Of a stretch of DNA of 64,000 bases, positions 9,489 through 19,813 are shown piece by piece. The stretch lies in NCBI GenBank assembly GCA_046299355.1, contig JBKBIO010000011.1, forward strand, positions 56,948 to 120,947. The letters run 5' to 3'. Numbering within the stretch: position 1 is the stretch's first letter; every line of letters begins with the position of its first letter. This stretch comes from Aquabacterium sp. (GTDB taxonomy: Bacteria > Pseudomonadota > Gammaproteobacteria > Burkholderiales > Burkholderiaceae_C). The position numbers and the translations under genes were made by a program. The notes below the pieces were generated by a model. That model had not been told where the DNA came from. It worked only from the letters and a program-made list of their open reading frames with translations, and made no database searches.

Positions 9489-9519
9489 AAAGAGGGCCCA
9501 GCAGGGCCTTCTTGTTTTG
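9489..9519 (+). terminator. Intrinsic terminator after dacA
   Basis: AAGAGGGCCC-AGCA-GGGCCTTCTT followed by GTTTTG. Confidence 0.7.
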
Positions 9520-9603
9520 TGGCACGCCCAGCAGACATCAAGTTGCGGCCGCATGCACCTAAATAGGGACTCTTAGTTGAGTTTTTCATATCAAGGAGTC
9601 TCC

Positions 9604-10629
9604 ATGCCCCGCTTTCCCCTGCGGTCCGTCGCCCTGATTTGCCAAGCGAGCCTCTGGGCTGTGCGCCTTGTTTCATCGCGGACTATGGTCAAGGTGCCGT
9701 GTACACCGATCACTGGAGCGTGAAGCAAGAAAGCAAGGTTGGACTGCAAGGCACCTACACCTTCAATGACAAGCTCTCCGCCACAGGGCCAGTCGTGGGC
9801 CGAGGCGTCGATGGCATCAAGGCCGATGTGGAATGGGCTTACTTGTCGTATGAGGCCAGCCCCAACTGGGGCACTGCAAGCAGGCCGCAAACGCTTGCCC
9901 CTGTATTTCTACTCTGAGTTTCAGGACGTCGGTTACGCCTTCAACTGGGTTCGCCCGCCCACCGATCTGTATGGCTGGGAGGTTGTGAACTACAACGGCG
10001 TGAATGCGACCTATCGCGGCGACTGGGGGCAGTGGTCGGCCAAATCGAATGTGTTCACGGGGCGAGAAGACTCCAGCAAGAACCGCTTCAGCCGCATCTA
10101 CAGCAATGATCCTCAAGACGTCACCTGGAAAAACATCGTGGGGGCGGATTTGGAACTCAAACGCGATTGGCTGACCTTGCGATTCAACTACATCACCTCG
10201 CAAGTTCAACAGTGGAATCGCAGCACAGGTGTGCGTGTCACGCCCGGTAGTGGCTCAGACAAATCCGCAGAGCGCCAACATATCTACGGTGCGGCCATGA
10301 ACATCGACTACCAGAACTGGCTGTTCCGGTCGGAGTACAGCGTGTTTGATCGTCGCGACTACTCCTATCGTTCACGTGCCTTCATGGTCAGCGGGGGCTA
10401 TCGCATGGGGGACTTCATTCCCTCGATCACCTTCTCACGCTACGGTGAACACAATCCCGAGCAAGAAACTCAGCGCGACAAAGGCGTCTCGGTCACCGTT
10501 CGCTACGACATCAATGACAACAGTGACATCAAAGTCCAATTCGACCGCTATTGGGACAAGTCCAGCGACGGTTATCCCTTCGTGGGCAATGCGGATGCAT
10601 TGACCGTGGCTTACGACATCGTTTTCTAA
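9604..10629 (+). pseudogene. Frameshifted outer-membrane porin-like beta-barrel
   Basis: SD AAGGAG and ATG 9604 give a signal-peptide start that stops at TGA 9721. Porin-like sequence (PCFIADY..ESKVGLQG..VEWAYLSY) runs in another frame from ~9660 to 9870, then returns to the first frame (ALQAGRKRLPLYFYSE...YDIVF) across a G4 run at 9868-9871. Ends in a terminal Phe beta-signal. Confidence 0.8.
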
Positions 10630-10641
10630 AGAGGCCAAGAC

Positions 10642-11058
10642 ATGAACAAGACCTTCGCCTCGCTGCTGCTGGCGACCCTTGGATACCTGCCATCGGCCTA
10701 TGCCGACGTGGCCGTGATCGTTCACCCCAGCGACAACGCCACCATTGACGATGCCGCCATTGCACGTTTGTTTCTGGGAGAAGTGAAGTCCTTCCCGGGA
10801 GGCGCGGCCGCCACCCCGGTCGACCAAAAAAACAATGAGATCTGCGCAGAGTTCCACAACCAGATCTTGAACAAGACAACCAAAGAGGTGCGCAAGATCT
10901 GGGCTCGCCAAGTGTTCACCGGTGGGCTGAAACCGCCTCCAGCACTGGATGGCGACGATGCCGTGCTGCAATACGTTGCCACGCCCCCTGACGCGATTGG
11001 CTACGTGCAAGCCAGCAGGGTGAACAACAAGGTCAAGGTCATCCGCAAAGCACCTTGA
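10642..11058 (+). CDS. Small periplasmic PBP2/phosphate-binding-like protein
   Basis: Signal peptide ending AYA-D; VAVIVHPS..LFLG..FTG..PP..AIGYV pattern of the small binding proteins that accompany such porins. Confidence 0.8.
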   Translation: MNKTFASLLLATLGYLPSAYADVAVIVHPSDNATIDDAAIARLFLGEVKSFPGGAAATPVDQKNNEICAEFHNQILNKTTKEVRKIWARQVFTGGLKPPPALDGDDAVLQYVATPPDAIGYVQASRVNNKVKVIRKAP

Positions 11059-11115
11059 TCTCGTCAGCCCATCGCATGTCGTGTACAAATGGGTCCGGGG
11101 AGGACCCGTTTTCAC

Positions 11116-12843
11116 ATGCCACATGACATCAGCCTGATCTCGACCCTGGCCGCAGGCTTCGCGCTGGCCTTGGTGCTGGGGTTCGTCGCCACCAAACTGC
11201 GGCTTCCGCCCTTGGTGGGCTACTTGCTGGCCGGCGTGGCCATTGGCCCATCCACCCCGGGCTTCGTGGCCGACCTGAGCTTGGCAGGCCAATTGGCCGA
11301 GATCGGTGTGATGTTGCTGATGTTTGGGGTCGGCTTGCACTTTTCAGTCGCCGACCTGCTGTCGGTCAAGCGCATTGCCATACCTGGCGCCATTGTTCAA
11401 ATTGCGGTGGCCGTGGCCATGGGGGCCGGCGTGGCTCATTGGTGGGGATGGCCGATGGGGCAGGCCTTGGTGTTTGGTTTGTGTTTGTCGGTGGCGAGCA
11501 CCGTGGTGCTGCTCAAGGCCTTAGAGGCGCGAGGCCTGCTGGAAACGGTGAATGGCCGTATCGCCATCGGTTGGCTGGTCGTCGAAGATCTGGTGATGGT
11601 GCTGGTTCTGGTCTTGCTGCCCGCATTTGCCACCATGTTGGGCGGCCAGAGTGCAGGCCAAACTGAAACGGTCAACGCCAGCGCGTCGCTTTGGCAAACG
11701 GTTGGCGTGACCCTGGCCAAAGTGGCTGCCTTCATCGCCAGCATGATGATCTTGGGCAAGCGTTTGTTCCCCGCTTTGCTGTGGTGGGTGGCGAAAACAG
11801 GTTCGCGAGAGTTGTTCACCCTGAGTGTGATTGCCTGTGCCGTCGGTGTCGCCTTTGCGGCAGCCAAGTTGTTCGATGTGTCGTTTGCGCTGGGCGCCTT
11901 CTTCGCCGGCATGATGATGCAAGGCTCGGAATACAGTCACCGTGCGGCTGACGAGTCCCTGCCCCTGCGGGATGCTTTCGCAGTGCTCTTTTTTGTGTCG
12001 GTCGGCATGTTGTTTGACCCGGCCTTTGTGCTGCAAGAGCCCATCAAACTCGCCATCGTGGTCGGCATCATCGTCCTGGGCAAGACCTTGGCTGCCGTGG
12101 CCTTGGTGCTCTTGTTCAAGTACCCATTGAGCACGGCACTCACGGTGGGCGCCAGCCTGGCACAAATTGGAGAGTTCTCCTTCATTTTGGCCGGGGTGGG
12201 GATGAGCTTGGGGCTGCTGACCCAGGAGGGCCAAAACCTGATCCTGGCCGGGGCGCTGGTCTCGATTGCCTTGAACTCCGCCTTGTTCAATGCCATGCAG
12301 CCCCTGCTCAACTGGCTCAAAGCGCGCTCGCAATGGGCAACGCAACTCGACAGTCGGGACGACCCCTTGGCGCAACTACCGGATTCGATCGATGCCTCTC
12401 GCTTGACCCACCAGATCGTGCTGGTCGGTTATGGCGAGGTGGGACAGCGCATTGCCGCCACGCTGATCGCGGAGCAGCGCCCCTTTGTGGTGGCAGACAC
12501 CGACCGAGAGCGTGTGGAAGCCCTGCGGGCACAACAGATCCCCGCCGTCTGTGGTGACCTGACCGATCCAGCGGTCTTGATTCAAGCGCACATTGCGCGC
12601 GCATCGACGCTGATCATCACCGATACCGACAGCATGCGCACGCGCCAGATGGCAGACATTGCGCGCACGCTGAACCCAGGCGTTCGTTTGCTCGCATGCG
12701 GCGCCAACGCCGAAGAAGCCGCGCGACTCGCGCATGACATCGAAGGTGAATGGGTGGTGGCTGACCAAGCCTTGGCCGAAGCCATGCTCAGCCGCGTGGT
12801 ACGGGCGGAAGGCCATGCCCCTTCGCCACACCTCCATCCTTGA
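11116..12843 (+). CDS. ybaL: CPA2-family cation:proton antiporter with TrkA-N domain
   Basis: MPHDISLISTLA, PPLVGYLLAG, EDLVMV, LAQIGEFSFIL, GYGEVG. Confidence 0.9.
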   Translation: MPHDISLISTLAAGFALALVLGFVATKLRLPPLVGYLLAGVAIGPSTPGFVADLSLAGQLAEIGVMLLMFGVGLHFSVADLLSVKRIAIPGAIVQIAVAVAMGAGVAHWWGWPMGQALVFGLCLSVASTVVLLKALEARGLLETVNGRIAIGWLVVEDLVMVLVLVLLPAFATMLGGQSAGQTETVNASASLWQTVGVTLAKVAAFIASMMILGKRLFPALLWWVAKTGSRELFTLSVIACAVGVAFAAAKLFDVSFALGAFFAGMMMQGSEYSHRAADESLPLRDAFAVLFFVSVGMLFDPAFVLQEPIKLAIVVGIIVLGKTLAAVALVLLFKYPLSTALTVGASLAQIGEFSFILAGVGMSLGLLTQEGQNLILAGALVSIALNSALFNAMQPLLNWLKARSQWATQLDSRDDPLAQLPDSIDASRLTHQIVLVGYGEVGQRIAATLIAEQRPFVVADTDRERVEALRAQQIPAVCGDLTDPAVLIQAHIARASTLIITDTDSMRTRQMADIARTLNPGVRLLACGANAEEAARLAHDIEGEWVVADQALAEAMLSRVVRAEGHAPSPHLHP

Positions 12844-12851
12844 GCCAGGGC

Positions 12852-13883
12852 TCAGGCAGGCGTCACACCCGCTTTCGCGGCTTGTTGATCGGCGTGATAC
12901 GACGAGCGCACCATGGCCCCCACCGCCGCATGCGTGAAGCCCATCTTGCGGGCTTCTTCTTCGTACATCTTGAAGGTGTCAGGATGCACATAACGACGCA
13001 CGGGCAAATGGTGCCCTGACGGCGCCAGATACTGCCCGATGGTGAGCATGTCGATGCCGTGCTCGCGCATGTCCCGCATCACCTGCAAGACCTCTTCATC
13101 GGTCTCGCCCAAGCCCACCATGATGCCGCTCTTGGTCGGCACGCCGGGCACGGCTTCTTTGAACCGTTTGAGCAAGTTCAAGCTGAACTGGTAATCCGAT
13201 CCTGGGCGGGCCTCTTTGTACAAGCGGGGCGCGGTTTCCAGGTTGTGGTTCATCACATCGGGCGGAGCCGCCTTCAGGATGTCCAAGGCGCGATCCATGC
13301 GACCACGGAAATCGGGCGTCAGGATTTCAATTTGCGTTTGTGGTGATTGCTCGCGCACTTGGCGAATGCATTCCACAAAGTGGGCAGCCCCGCCATCGCG
13401 CAGGTCATCGCGGTCCACACTGGTGATCACCACGTACTTCAGTTTGAGCGCGGCAATGGTCTTGGCCAAGTTGGCGGGTTCATTCACGTCCAGCGGGTCG
13501 GGGCGACCATGGCCCACGTCGCAGAAGGGGCAACGGCGCGTGCACTTGTCACCCATGATCATGAAGGTGGCCGTGCCGTGTCCAAAACATTCACCGATGT
13601 TGGGGCAGGAAGCCTCTTCGCAAACGGTGTGGAGCTTGTGCTCACGCAGGATGTTCTTGATCTCGTAAAAACGCGTGCTGGGTGAGCCCGCCTTGACCCG
13701 GATCCATTCGGGTTTGCGCAGCACTTCTTCGGCCGGCACGATCTTGATGGGAATGCGCGCCGTTTTGGCTTGGGCCTTTTGCTTGACCGTGGGGTCGTAA
13801 GCCGCAGAAGAAGCATCGGCGCCAGAGGCGGTAGGCGAGATCGATGCGGGCTGGTTTTCAGGCGTTTGTGGCGCGTCAGACAT
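12852..13883 (-). CDS. lipA: Lipoyl synthase
   Basis: [12 protein letters not shown] and CTRRCPFC motifs, RSSYHA. Confidence 0.98.
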   Translation of the reverse strand: MSDAPQTPENQPASISPTASGADASSAAYDPTVKQKAQAKTARIPIKIVPAEEVLRKPEWIRVKAGSPSTRFYEIKNILREHKLHTVCEEASCPNIGECFGHGTATFMIMGDKCTRRCPFCDVGHGRPDPLDVNEPANLAKTIAALKLKYVVITSVDRDDLRDGGAAHFVECIRQVREQSPQTQIEILTPDFRGRMDRALDILKAAPPDVMNHNLETAPRLYKEARPGSDYQFSLNLLKRFKEAVPGVPTKSGIMVGLGETDEEVLQVMRDMREHGIDMLTIGQYLAPSGHHLPVRRYVHPDTFKMYEEEARKMGFTHAAVGAMVRSSYHADQQAAKAGVTPA

Positions 13884-13970
13884 ATACAAATCTTTCAGGG
13901 CGCCAATCCAGTTTGCGCCCAGCCCTGCACTTTAGACCATTCGGTCCACCCCACACGGCAGAGATGTCAA

Positions 13971-14654
13971 TCAAATCGACAGGTTGCTGGCCAATCGCTG
14001 GCTGAACACGGCAGCCACTTCGTCCCAGCTGACCTGCACGCCAATGCTGGCCAGGTCAACGGTACGCATGCCCGCATAGCCGCAAGGATTGATGCGCTCA
14101 AAGGGGCTCAGGTCCATGGCCACATTCAAAGCCACCCCGTGGTAGGTGCAGTGGTTGGCCACCTTGATGCCCAGGGCCGCGATCTTGCCCAGGCCACGAA
14201 ACGGATCCCGAGGATCGCGCGGCTCGGTCAAGGCCGCGTGCGAAAACGGATCATCCAGTCGCACATAGATACCTGGCGCCCCGGCGATGCGGTGCCCAGT
14301 CACCTGGAAGGCCTCCAGCGTTTTGAGCACCCCTTGCTCAATGCGGTAGACGAATTCTTTGACGTAGATGTTGTGTCGGCGCAGGTCCATCAAGGGATAG
14401 ACCACCACCTGCCCAGGCCCGTGATAGGTCACCTGCCCCCCACGGTTGGTTTGCACCACCGGGATGTGATCGGGCCCAGGCGGGTTGAGCAGCACATGCT
14501 CCGCCTTGCCAGCCAAACCTTGGGTGTAGGTGGGCGGGTGCTCGACCACCCACATCTCATCGGGCGTATCGGGTTGACGCGCGTCGGTGAAGGCGGCCAT
14601 GGCCTGATACGTGGGCTCGTAGGGCACCTGTCGGCCCAGATTCTTGATCAACAT
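13971..14654 (-). CDS. lipB: Lipoyl(octanoyl) transferase
   Basis: [38 protein letters not shown]. Confidence 0.97.
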   Translation of the reverse strand: MLIKNLGRQVPYEPTYQAMAAFTDARQPDTPDEMWVVEHPPTYTQGLAGKAEHVLLNPPGPDHIPVVQTNRGGQVTYHGPGQVVVYPLMDLRRHNIYVKEFVYRIEQGVLKTLEAFQVTGHRIAGAPGIYVRLDDPFSHAALTEPRDPRDPFRGLGKIAALGIKVANHCTYHGVALNVAMDLSPFERINPCGYAGMRTVDLASIGVQVSWDEVAAVFSQRLASNLSI

Positions 14655-14665
14655 GCGTGCAACTT

Positions 14666-15793
14666 TCAGCCTTGCGCACAGCGCTGGAACAACTGGCCAG
14701 GCAAACGTGCTACCTGCCCCATCAACTCCAACTCCAGCAAACGAGCCCCCAATTGTGCCGGACCCATGCCCGTTCGCGCCGACAAGGCCTCCTGGCTGAC
14801 GGGATCAAAGCCCATGGCGGCCAAGATCGGGTCACCGGATTCCGTCGCTGTGTCAGGTGTTGCAGATGCTGGGGCCATATCGGCGCCCTCCAGATGCAAC
14901 TCTTCCAACACATCTTGCGCGGTCTCTACCAGCTTGGCCCCTTGTTTGATCAGGGCATGGCAGCCGCGGGACTGCGGCGAATGGATGGAGCCCGGGATGG
15001 CCAGCACTTCGCGACCCATCTCCGCCGCCAGTCGCGCTGTGATCAAAGACCCCGACTGCACCGCCGCCTCGATCACCAAAGTGCCGCGCGTGAGCCCGGC
15101 GACGATGCGATTGCGTTTCGGAAAATTGGCGGGCGCAGGCGGTGTGCCCAACAGGAACTCACTGACCAACAAACCGCGCTCAGCGATACGGCGAGCCAGA
15201 TCGAGATGCGCTCGGGGATAGACACGATCCAGTCCCGTTCCCACCACGGCCAGAGTGGACCCCACACCCGGCCCTTGCGCCGCCAACGCCCCCTCATGCG
15301 CTGCGCCGTCAATGCCTTGCGCCAAGCCAGAGACCACCGTCACGCCCGCTTCGCTGAGTGCCTGCGAAAACGCTCGGGCATTGTCTCGCCCCTGCGCGGT
15401 GGGGCTGCGACTGCCCACCACAGCCACCGAGGGCCGATCGAGCAAGGACAGTTGGCCCTGCACAAACAACAGCAAGGGTGGATCTGGGGTTTCGAGTAAA
15501 CGGCGCGGGTAACGTGTATCGGCCAGAGACAAGATCTCTCGTTGGCCTTCTTCGGGCCGACTGCTGCCGCAGAGCCAGGCTTGCGTGGCGGCCATGTGGT
15601 CAGCCCAATCAGCGGGAACGCACGACAGCGACGCGGCATCTCGGGCAGACACGACGTTTTTCAGGTCGGAAAGCGGCGCATCAAACACGGCTTGCGGAGA
15701 GCCGAACGCCGCGAGCAATTGGCGCGCTTTGGCTGGCCCCACACCGGGGGTCAGCAACAAGCGCAACCAAGCTGACAGTTCTGATTGATCCAT
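14666..15793 (-). CDS. dprA: DNA-processing protein DprA
   Basis: [35 protein letters not shown]-terminal winged helix. Confidence 0.96.
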   Translation of the reverse strand: MDQSELSAWLRLLLTPGVGPAKARQLLAAFGSPQAVFDAPLSDLKNVVSARDAASLSCVPADWADHMAATQAWLCGSSRPEEGQREILSLADTRYPRRLLETPDPPLLLFVQGQLSLLDRPSVAVVGSRSPTAQGRDNARAFSQALSEAGVTVVSGLAQGIDGAAHEGALAAQGPGVGSTLAVVGTGLDRVYPRAHLDLARRIAERGLLVSEFLLGTPPAPANFPKRNRIVAGLTRGTLVIEAAVQSGSLITARLAAEMGREVLAIPGSIHSPQSRGCHALIKQGAKLVETAQDVLEELHLEGADMAPASATPDTATESGDPILAAMGFDPVSQEALSARTGMGPAQLGARLLELELMGQVARLPGQLFQRCAQG

Positions 15794-15820
15794 CGGGTGA
15801 GCCTACACCCGATGCCAGGC

Positions 15821-17035
15821 TCACGGCTGGCTGAAACGATCCCCCGCTTTGACGGGTTCCAGAACGTTCAAAATCAAGGCATAAGACATGTTGTCAAACA
15901 CCCGGAACACAAACAACAGGCCATGCCGCTCATCGGGGAGCTTGATGGCCTGGCCGGTCATCTGGTCTTTGGCCATGGCACCGTCGCGCCACAAAGCCAG
16001 CACGTGACCACGCTCCAGCCCCTGCTTCGCGCCGCGATTGAGCGACACGATCTGGTTTTGGCCGGCAGTCAAGGCATCGCCATAAATAGAAGCAATCTGA
16101 CCCGAGATGTCACCCTTGGGCGCATGGGGCGCCAGGTTGTCGAATTCGCGCGGAGGAACGGGGGACAGGCGATCGCCGGCCGAGGCTTCCTGACGAATCG
16201 AAGACACCACAAAGGTCGACGGGATCACCACAGGCTGACCATCGGCACCGGTGCCTTCCAGACCTTCGCGCACCAACTCCAGGGTGCCGACATACTGCGC
16301 CTCGTAACCCAACACCTCTTTGGTGGATGGATCACGCAGCGGCTTGGGCTCACGGAACAGACGCCAATCACGACGCCCACCGATGTCACCACGCACATAC
16401 GCGGTTTCACCGCGCGACAACATCACGCGGCCTTCCTGGGTCGCCACCACGCGAGGCGCCTTCACCAACTCATCGCTGTCGCTGAAGATGACCGCCTCGT
16501 TGAAGAAGGACTCCAGCAAATGCACTGGCACGGTGGTGATGGCGTCATCGAGGGAACCTTCACGCACACGCGGAGACAGCTTCACCGTGCCATTGGGGCC
16601 CATGGTGGTGCCCACTTGCTGAGCGACACGCAGTCGGGCTTTGCCGTCGGATTTGTCCAGATACAGGATCTGGCCCGGAAAGATCAGGTGTGGATTCTTG
16701 ATTTGCTGCAGGTTCATGCCCCACAGCTCAGGCCAGCGCCAAGGCGACTTCAGGAACAGCTTGGAAATATCCCAAAGCGTGTCGCGGCGCTTGACGGTGT
16801 AGGAGTCGGGGGCATTGGGCGCCAATTCACTGATGGGCACGCCAGCTTGGGCCACTTGTTGGGCCGTCGCCTTTTGTTGCGCAGAAACGGGATAATTGGC
16901 CTGGGCGTGGCTCAATTGCGTCACAGACATGGCGCAAACCAGTCCGACCGATGTCGCCAGGGCGCGAAGCGCGAAAGGACCCGATTGGGTTTGACGGCCG
17001 CGGAACAGGCCTGGGGACAGCGTACGCTGGGTCAT
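15821..17035 (-). CDS. LysM peptidoglycan-binding protein (TsaP-like)
   Basis: YTVKRRDTLWDIS..WRWPELW..IKNPHLIFPGQ; usual position between def and dprA; SD GGAGG. Confidence 0.88.
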   Translation of the reverse strand: MTQRTLSPGLFRGRQTQSGPFALRALATSVGLVCAMSVTQLSHAQANYPVSAQQKATAQQVAQAGVPISELAPNAPDSYTVKRRDTLWDISKLFLKSPWRWPELWGMNLQQIKNPHLIFPGQILYLDKSDGKARLRVAQQVGTTMGPNGTVKLSPRVREGSLDDAITTVPVHLLESFFNEAVIFSDSDELVKAPRVVATQEGRVMLSRGETAYVRGDIGGRRDWRLFREPKPLRDPSTKEVLGYEAQYVGTLELVREGLEGTGADGQPVVIPSTFVVSSIRQEASAGDRLSPVPPREFDNLAPHAPKGDISGQIASIYGDALTAGQNQIVSLNRGAKQGLERGHVLALWRDGAMAKDQMTGQAIKLPDERHGLLFVFRVFDNMSYALILNVLEPVKAGDRFSQP

Positions 17036-17243
17036 GAATACAGCCTCCAATTACCTGCCGAAAAGAATTCCACAGACAGGGATTCAACAGTTTCGGCAAA
17101 ATCTCTACATTGATCATTTGATTCTGCCCGGAATTTCAAGGCCGCCGCAATGAAAATTGCCCGGTGTTACCGAGCGATTCTTTTGTTTTAACGGCGTGTT
17201 CGTCGCGTCGTGCCCACAATTTCACGCTGAGAATTACCTGACC

Positions 17244-17747
17244 ATGGCCCTGCTGCCCATCCTCCAGTATCCCGATCCCCGCTTGCACACCGTGGCCAAA
17301 CCGGTCGACAAAGTGGACGACCGCATCAAACAGCTGGTCGATGACATGCTCGAAACCATGTACGACGCCAAGGGTGTCGGCTTGGCCGCGACCCAGATCA
17401 ATGTGCACGAGCGCGTGGTCGTGATCGACACCAGCGAGGAGCGCAACGAGCCCCGCGTGCTGATCAACCCCGAAATCATTTGGGCCAGCGATGAAATGAT
17501 CGTGTGGGAAGAGGGTTGCCTGTCCGTCCCCACCATTTACGACAAGGTGCAACGCCACGAACGCGTGAAGGTGCGCGCCCTCAATCGCGACGGCCAAACC
17601 TATGAATTTGACGCCGACGAGTTGCTGTCGGTGTGCGTGCAGCACGAACTCGACCACCTCTTGGGCAAGGTGTTTGTGGAGTATCTCTCCCCCCTCAAGC
17701 GCAATCGCATCAAGACCAAATTGGTCAAACGCGCGCGCGACGAGTGA
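17244..17747 (+). CDS. def: Peptide deformylase
   Basis: [20 protein letters not shown]. Confidence 0.98.
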   Translation: MALLPILQYPDPRLHTVAKPVDKVDDRIKQLVDDMLETMYDAKGVGLAATQINVHERVVVIDTSEERNEPRVLINPEIIWASDEMIVWEEGCLSVPTIYDKVQRHERVKVRALNRDGQTYEFDADELLSVCVQHELDHLLGKVFVEYLSPLKRNRIKTKLVKRARDE

Positions 17748-17755
17748 CACCATCC

Positions 17756-18736
17756 ATGAGCAGCTTGAAAGTCGCCTTTGCGGGCACGCCCGAATTCGCC
17801 AGCGAAGCCTTGAAGGCCATTTTGGCCGCCGGCTACACGGTGCCCCTGGTCTTGACCCAGCCTGATCGGCCCGCCGGGCGGGGCATGAAACTCCAGGCCT
17901 CCCCCGTCAAACAACTGGCCCTGGCACATGACATCGCCGTCAGCCAGCCCACCAGCCTCAAGCTGGATGGGAAGTATCCCGACGAGGCGAGCGCCGCTCA
18001 AGCCGCGCTGCTGGCCGCAGCCCCCGACGTGATGGTGGTGGCCGCCTACGGCCTGATCCTGCCGCAATGGGTGCTCGACCTGCCTCGGCTGGGCTGCCTG
18101 AATATCCACGGCTCGCTTTTGCCACGTTGGCGTGGTGCGGCCCCGATCCACCGCGCCATTGAAGCGGGCGACGCTGAAACGGGCATCACGATCATGCAGA
18201 TGGATGCAGGACTGGACACCGGCGACATGTTGCTGATGGAAGCCGACGCCATCCGGCCCGATGACACCACCGCCATCCTGCACGACCGCCTGGCCGCCCA
18301 AGGTGGGCGCCTGATCGTGCAGGCCCTGCGTGCCATCGAACAAGGCGGCCTGACCCGCACGCCTCAACCGAGCGAAGGCATCACCTACGCCCACAAGATT
18401 GACAAAGCCGAAGCGGCCATCGACTGGCGGCTGCCTGCGGCCACCTTGGCTCGCCGGGTTCGGGCTTTTGACCCATTCCCTGGCTGCACCTTTCAAATGA
18501 GTCAGAAGGGGCCCCAAGGCGAGCCGGTCGACCAAACCATCAAGCTCTGGTCGGCCAGTGTGGTCAACGCCAGCGGCGCGCCCGGCGAAGTGCTGCACGC
18601 CCAAGGTGAGACCCTGGTGGTGGCCTGTGGCGAGCAGGCGCTGGCACTGCATACCCTTCAGCGGCCTGGGGGCAAGCGCATCTCGGCGCGTGATTTTTTA
18701 CACGCGTCTGGCACGATGCCCTCGCAACTGGGTTGA
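17756..18736 (+). CDS. fmt: Methionyl-tRNA formyltransferase
   Basis: [38 protein letters not shown]. Confidence 0.98.
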   Translation: MSSLKVAFAGTPEFASEALKAILAAGYTVPLVLTQPDRPAGRGMKLQASPVKQLALAHDIAVSQPTSLKLDGKYPDEASAAQAALLAAAPDVMVVAAYGLILPQWVLDLPRLGCLNIHGSLLPRWRGAAPIHRAIEAGDAETGITIMQMDAGLDTGDMLLMEADAIRPDDTTAILHDRLAAQGGRLIVQALRAIEQGGLTRTPQPSEGITYAHKIDKAEAAIDWRLPAATLARRVRAFDPFPGCTFQMSQKGPQGEPVDQTIKLWSASVVNASGAPGEVLHAQGETLVVACGEQALALHTLQRPGGKRISARDFLHASGTMPSQLG

Positions 18737-18739
18737 ACG

Positions 18740-18767
18740 CTTGAACTTTGCGGGTTGACCCGCATCT
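18740..18767 (+). promoter_or_regulatory. Sigma-32 (RpoH) type promoter for htpX
   Basis: CTTGAA (18740-45), 14-nt spacer, CCGCATCT (18760-67), versus consensus CTTGAA-N13-15-CCCCATnT, upstream of a heat-shock gene. Confidence 0.65.
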
Positions 18768-18829
18768 AACGACGCAAGCCTCGCCGAGGTGTCTTTGCTC
18801 AACTGTCAGGGGTCAGGAGGCCCCACACC

Positions 18830-19681
18830 ATGTTCAACATGATGAAAACTGCGATCCTGATGGCGGCCATCACCGCCCTCTTCATGGCCATTGGCGCCAT
18901 GATCGGGGGTCGTGCGGGCATGATGCTGGCGCTCGTGGTGGCGCTGGGCATGAATTTCTTCAGCTACTGGTTCTCGGACAAGATGGTGCTGAAGATGTAC
19001 AACGCGCGTGAGGTCAACGCCAGCACGGCGCCACGCTTTTACGCCATGGTCAAGGAACTGGCCGATCGGGCTCAACTGCCCATGCCCAAGGTCTACCTGA
19101 TTGACGAGGCCGCACCCAACGCCTTCGCGACGGGTCGCAACCCCGAGCACGCCGCCGTGGCCGCCACCACCGGCATCATTGACCTGCTGAATGAACGCGA
19201 ACTGCGCGGCGTGATGGCCCACGAGCTGGCCCACGTCAAACACCGCGACATCCTGATCAGCACCATCAGTGCCACCATGGCCGGTGCCATCTCGATGCTG
19301 GCCAACTTTGCCATGTTCTTTGGTGGTCGCGATGAAGAAGGGCGCCCCACCAACCCCATCGCGGGCATCGCGGTGGCCATCCTGGCGCCGATTGCGGCCA
19401 GCTTGATTCAAATGGCCATCAGCCGCGCGCGTGAGTTCGAGGCCGACCGTGGTGGCGCCGAAATCTCTGGCGACCCACGCGCCTTGGCCAGTGCTCTGGA
19501 CAAGATCCACCGCTACGCCCGAGGCATTCCGATGGAAGCGGCCGAAGCCCACCCCGAAACGGCCCAAATGATGATCATGAACCCCCTGTCGGCAGAGGGC
19601 ATCAAGGGTTTGTTTGCGACACACCCGGCCACCGAAGAGCGCGTGGCACGTCTGCTGGCCATGGCGCAGCAACGAGGGTGA
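18830..19681 (+). CDS. htpX: Zinc metalloprotease HtpX
   Basis: [27 protein letters not shown]. Confidence 0.97.
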   Translation: MFNMMKTAILMAAITALFMAIGAMIGGRAGMMLALVVALGMNFFSYWFSDKMVLKMYNAREVNASTAPRFYAMVKELADRAQLPMPKVYLIDEAAPNAFATGRNPEHAAVAATTGIIDLLNERELRGVMAHELAHVKHRDILISTISATMAGAISMLANFAMFFGGRDEEGRPTNPIAGIAVAILAPIAASLIQMAISRAREFEADRGGAEISGDPRALASALDKIHRYARGIPMEAAEAHPETAQMMIMNPLSAEGIKGLFATHPATEERVARLLAMAQQRG

Positions 19682-19813
19682 CACAACACAACGACCTCCA
19701 TTAAACCCCTCGAAAACAGTCTTCTTTATTCAAGGACGGGCGTACAACAACCGATACAGCGGGACACCCGGAGTTCTCTCCGGCAAGGTCCCGCTTTTTA
19801 GTTGTACGCCCGC

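Noticed and set aside
9739-10629. 296-aa ORF as a complete standalone porin
   Set aside because: Its first ~43 residues are off-frame and lack a signal peptide; it is the 3' part of the broken gene.
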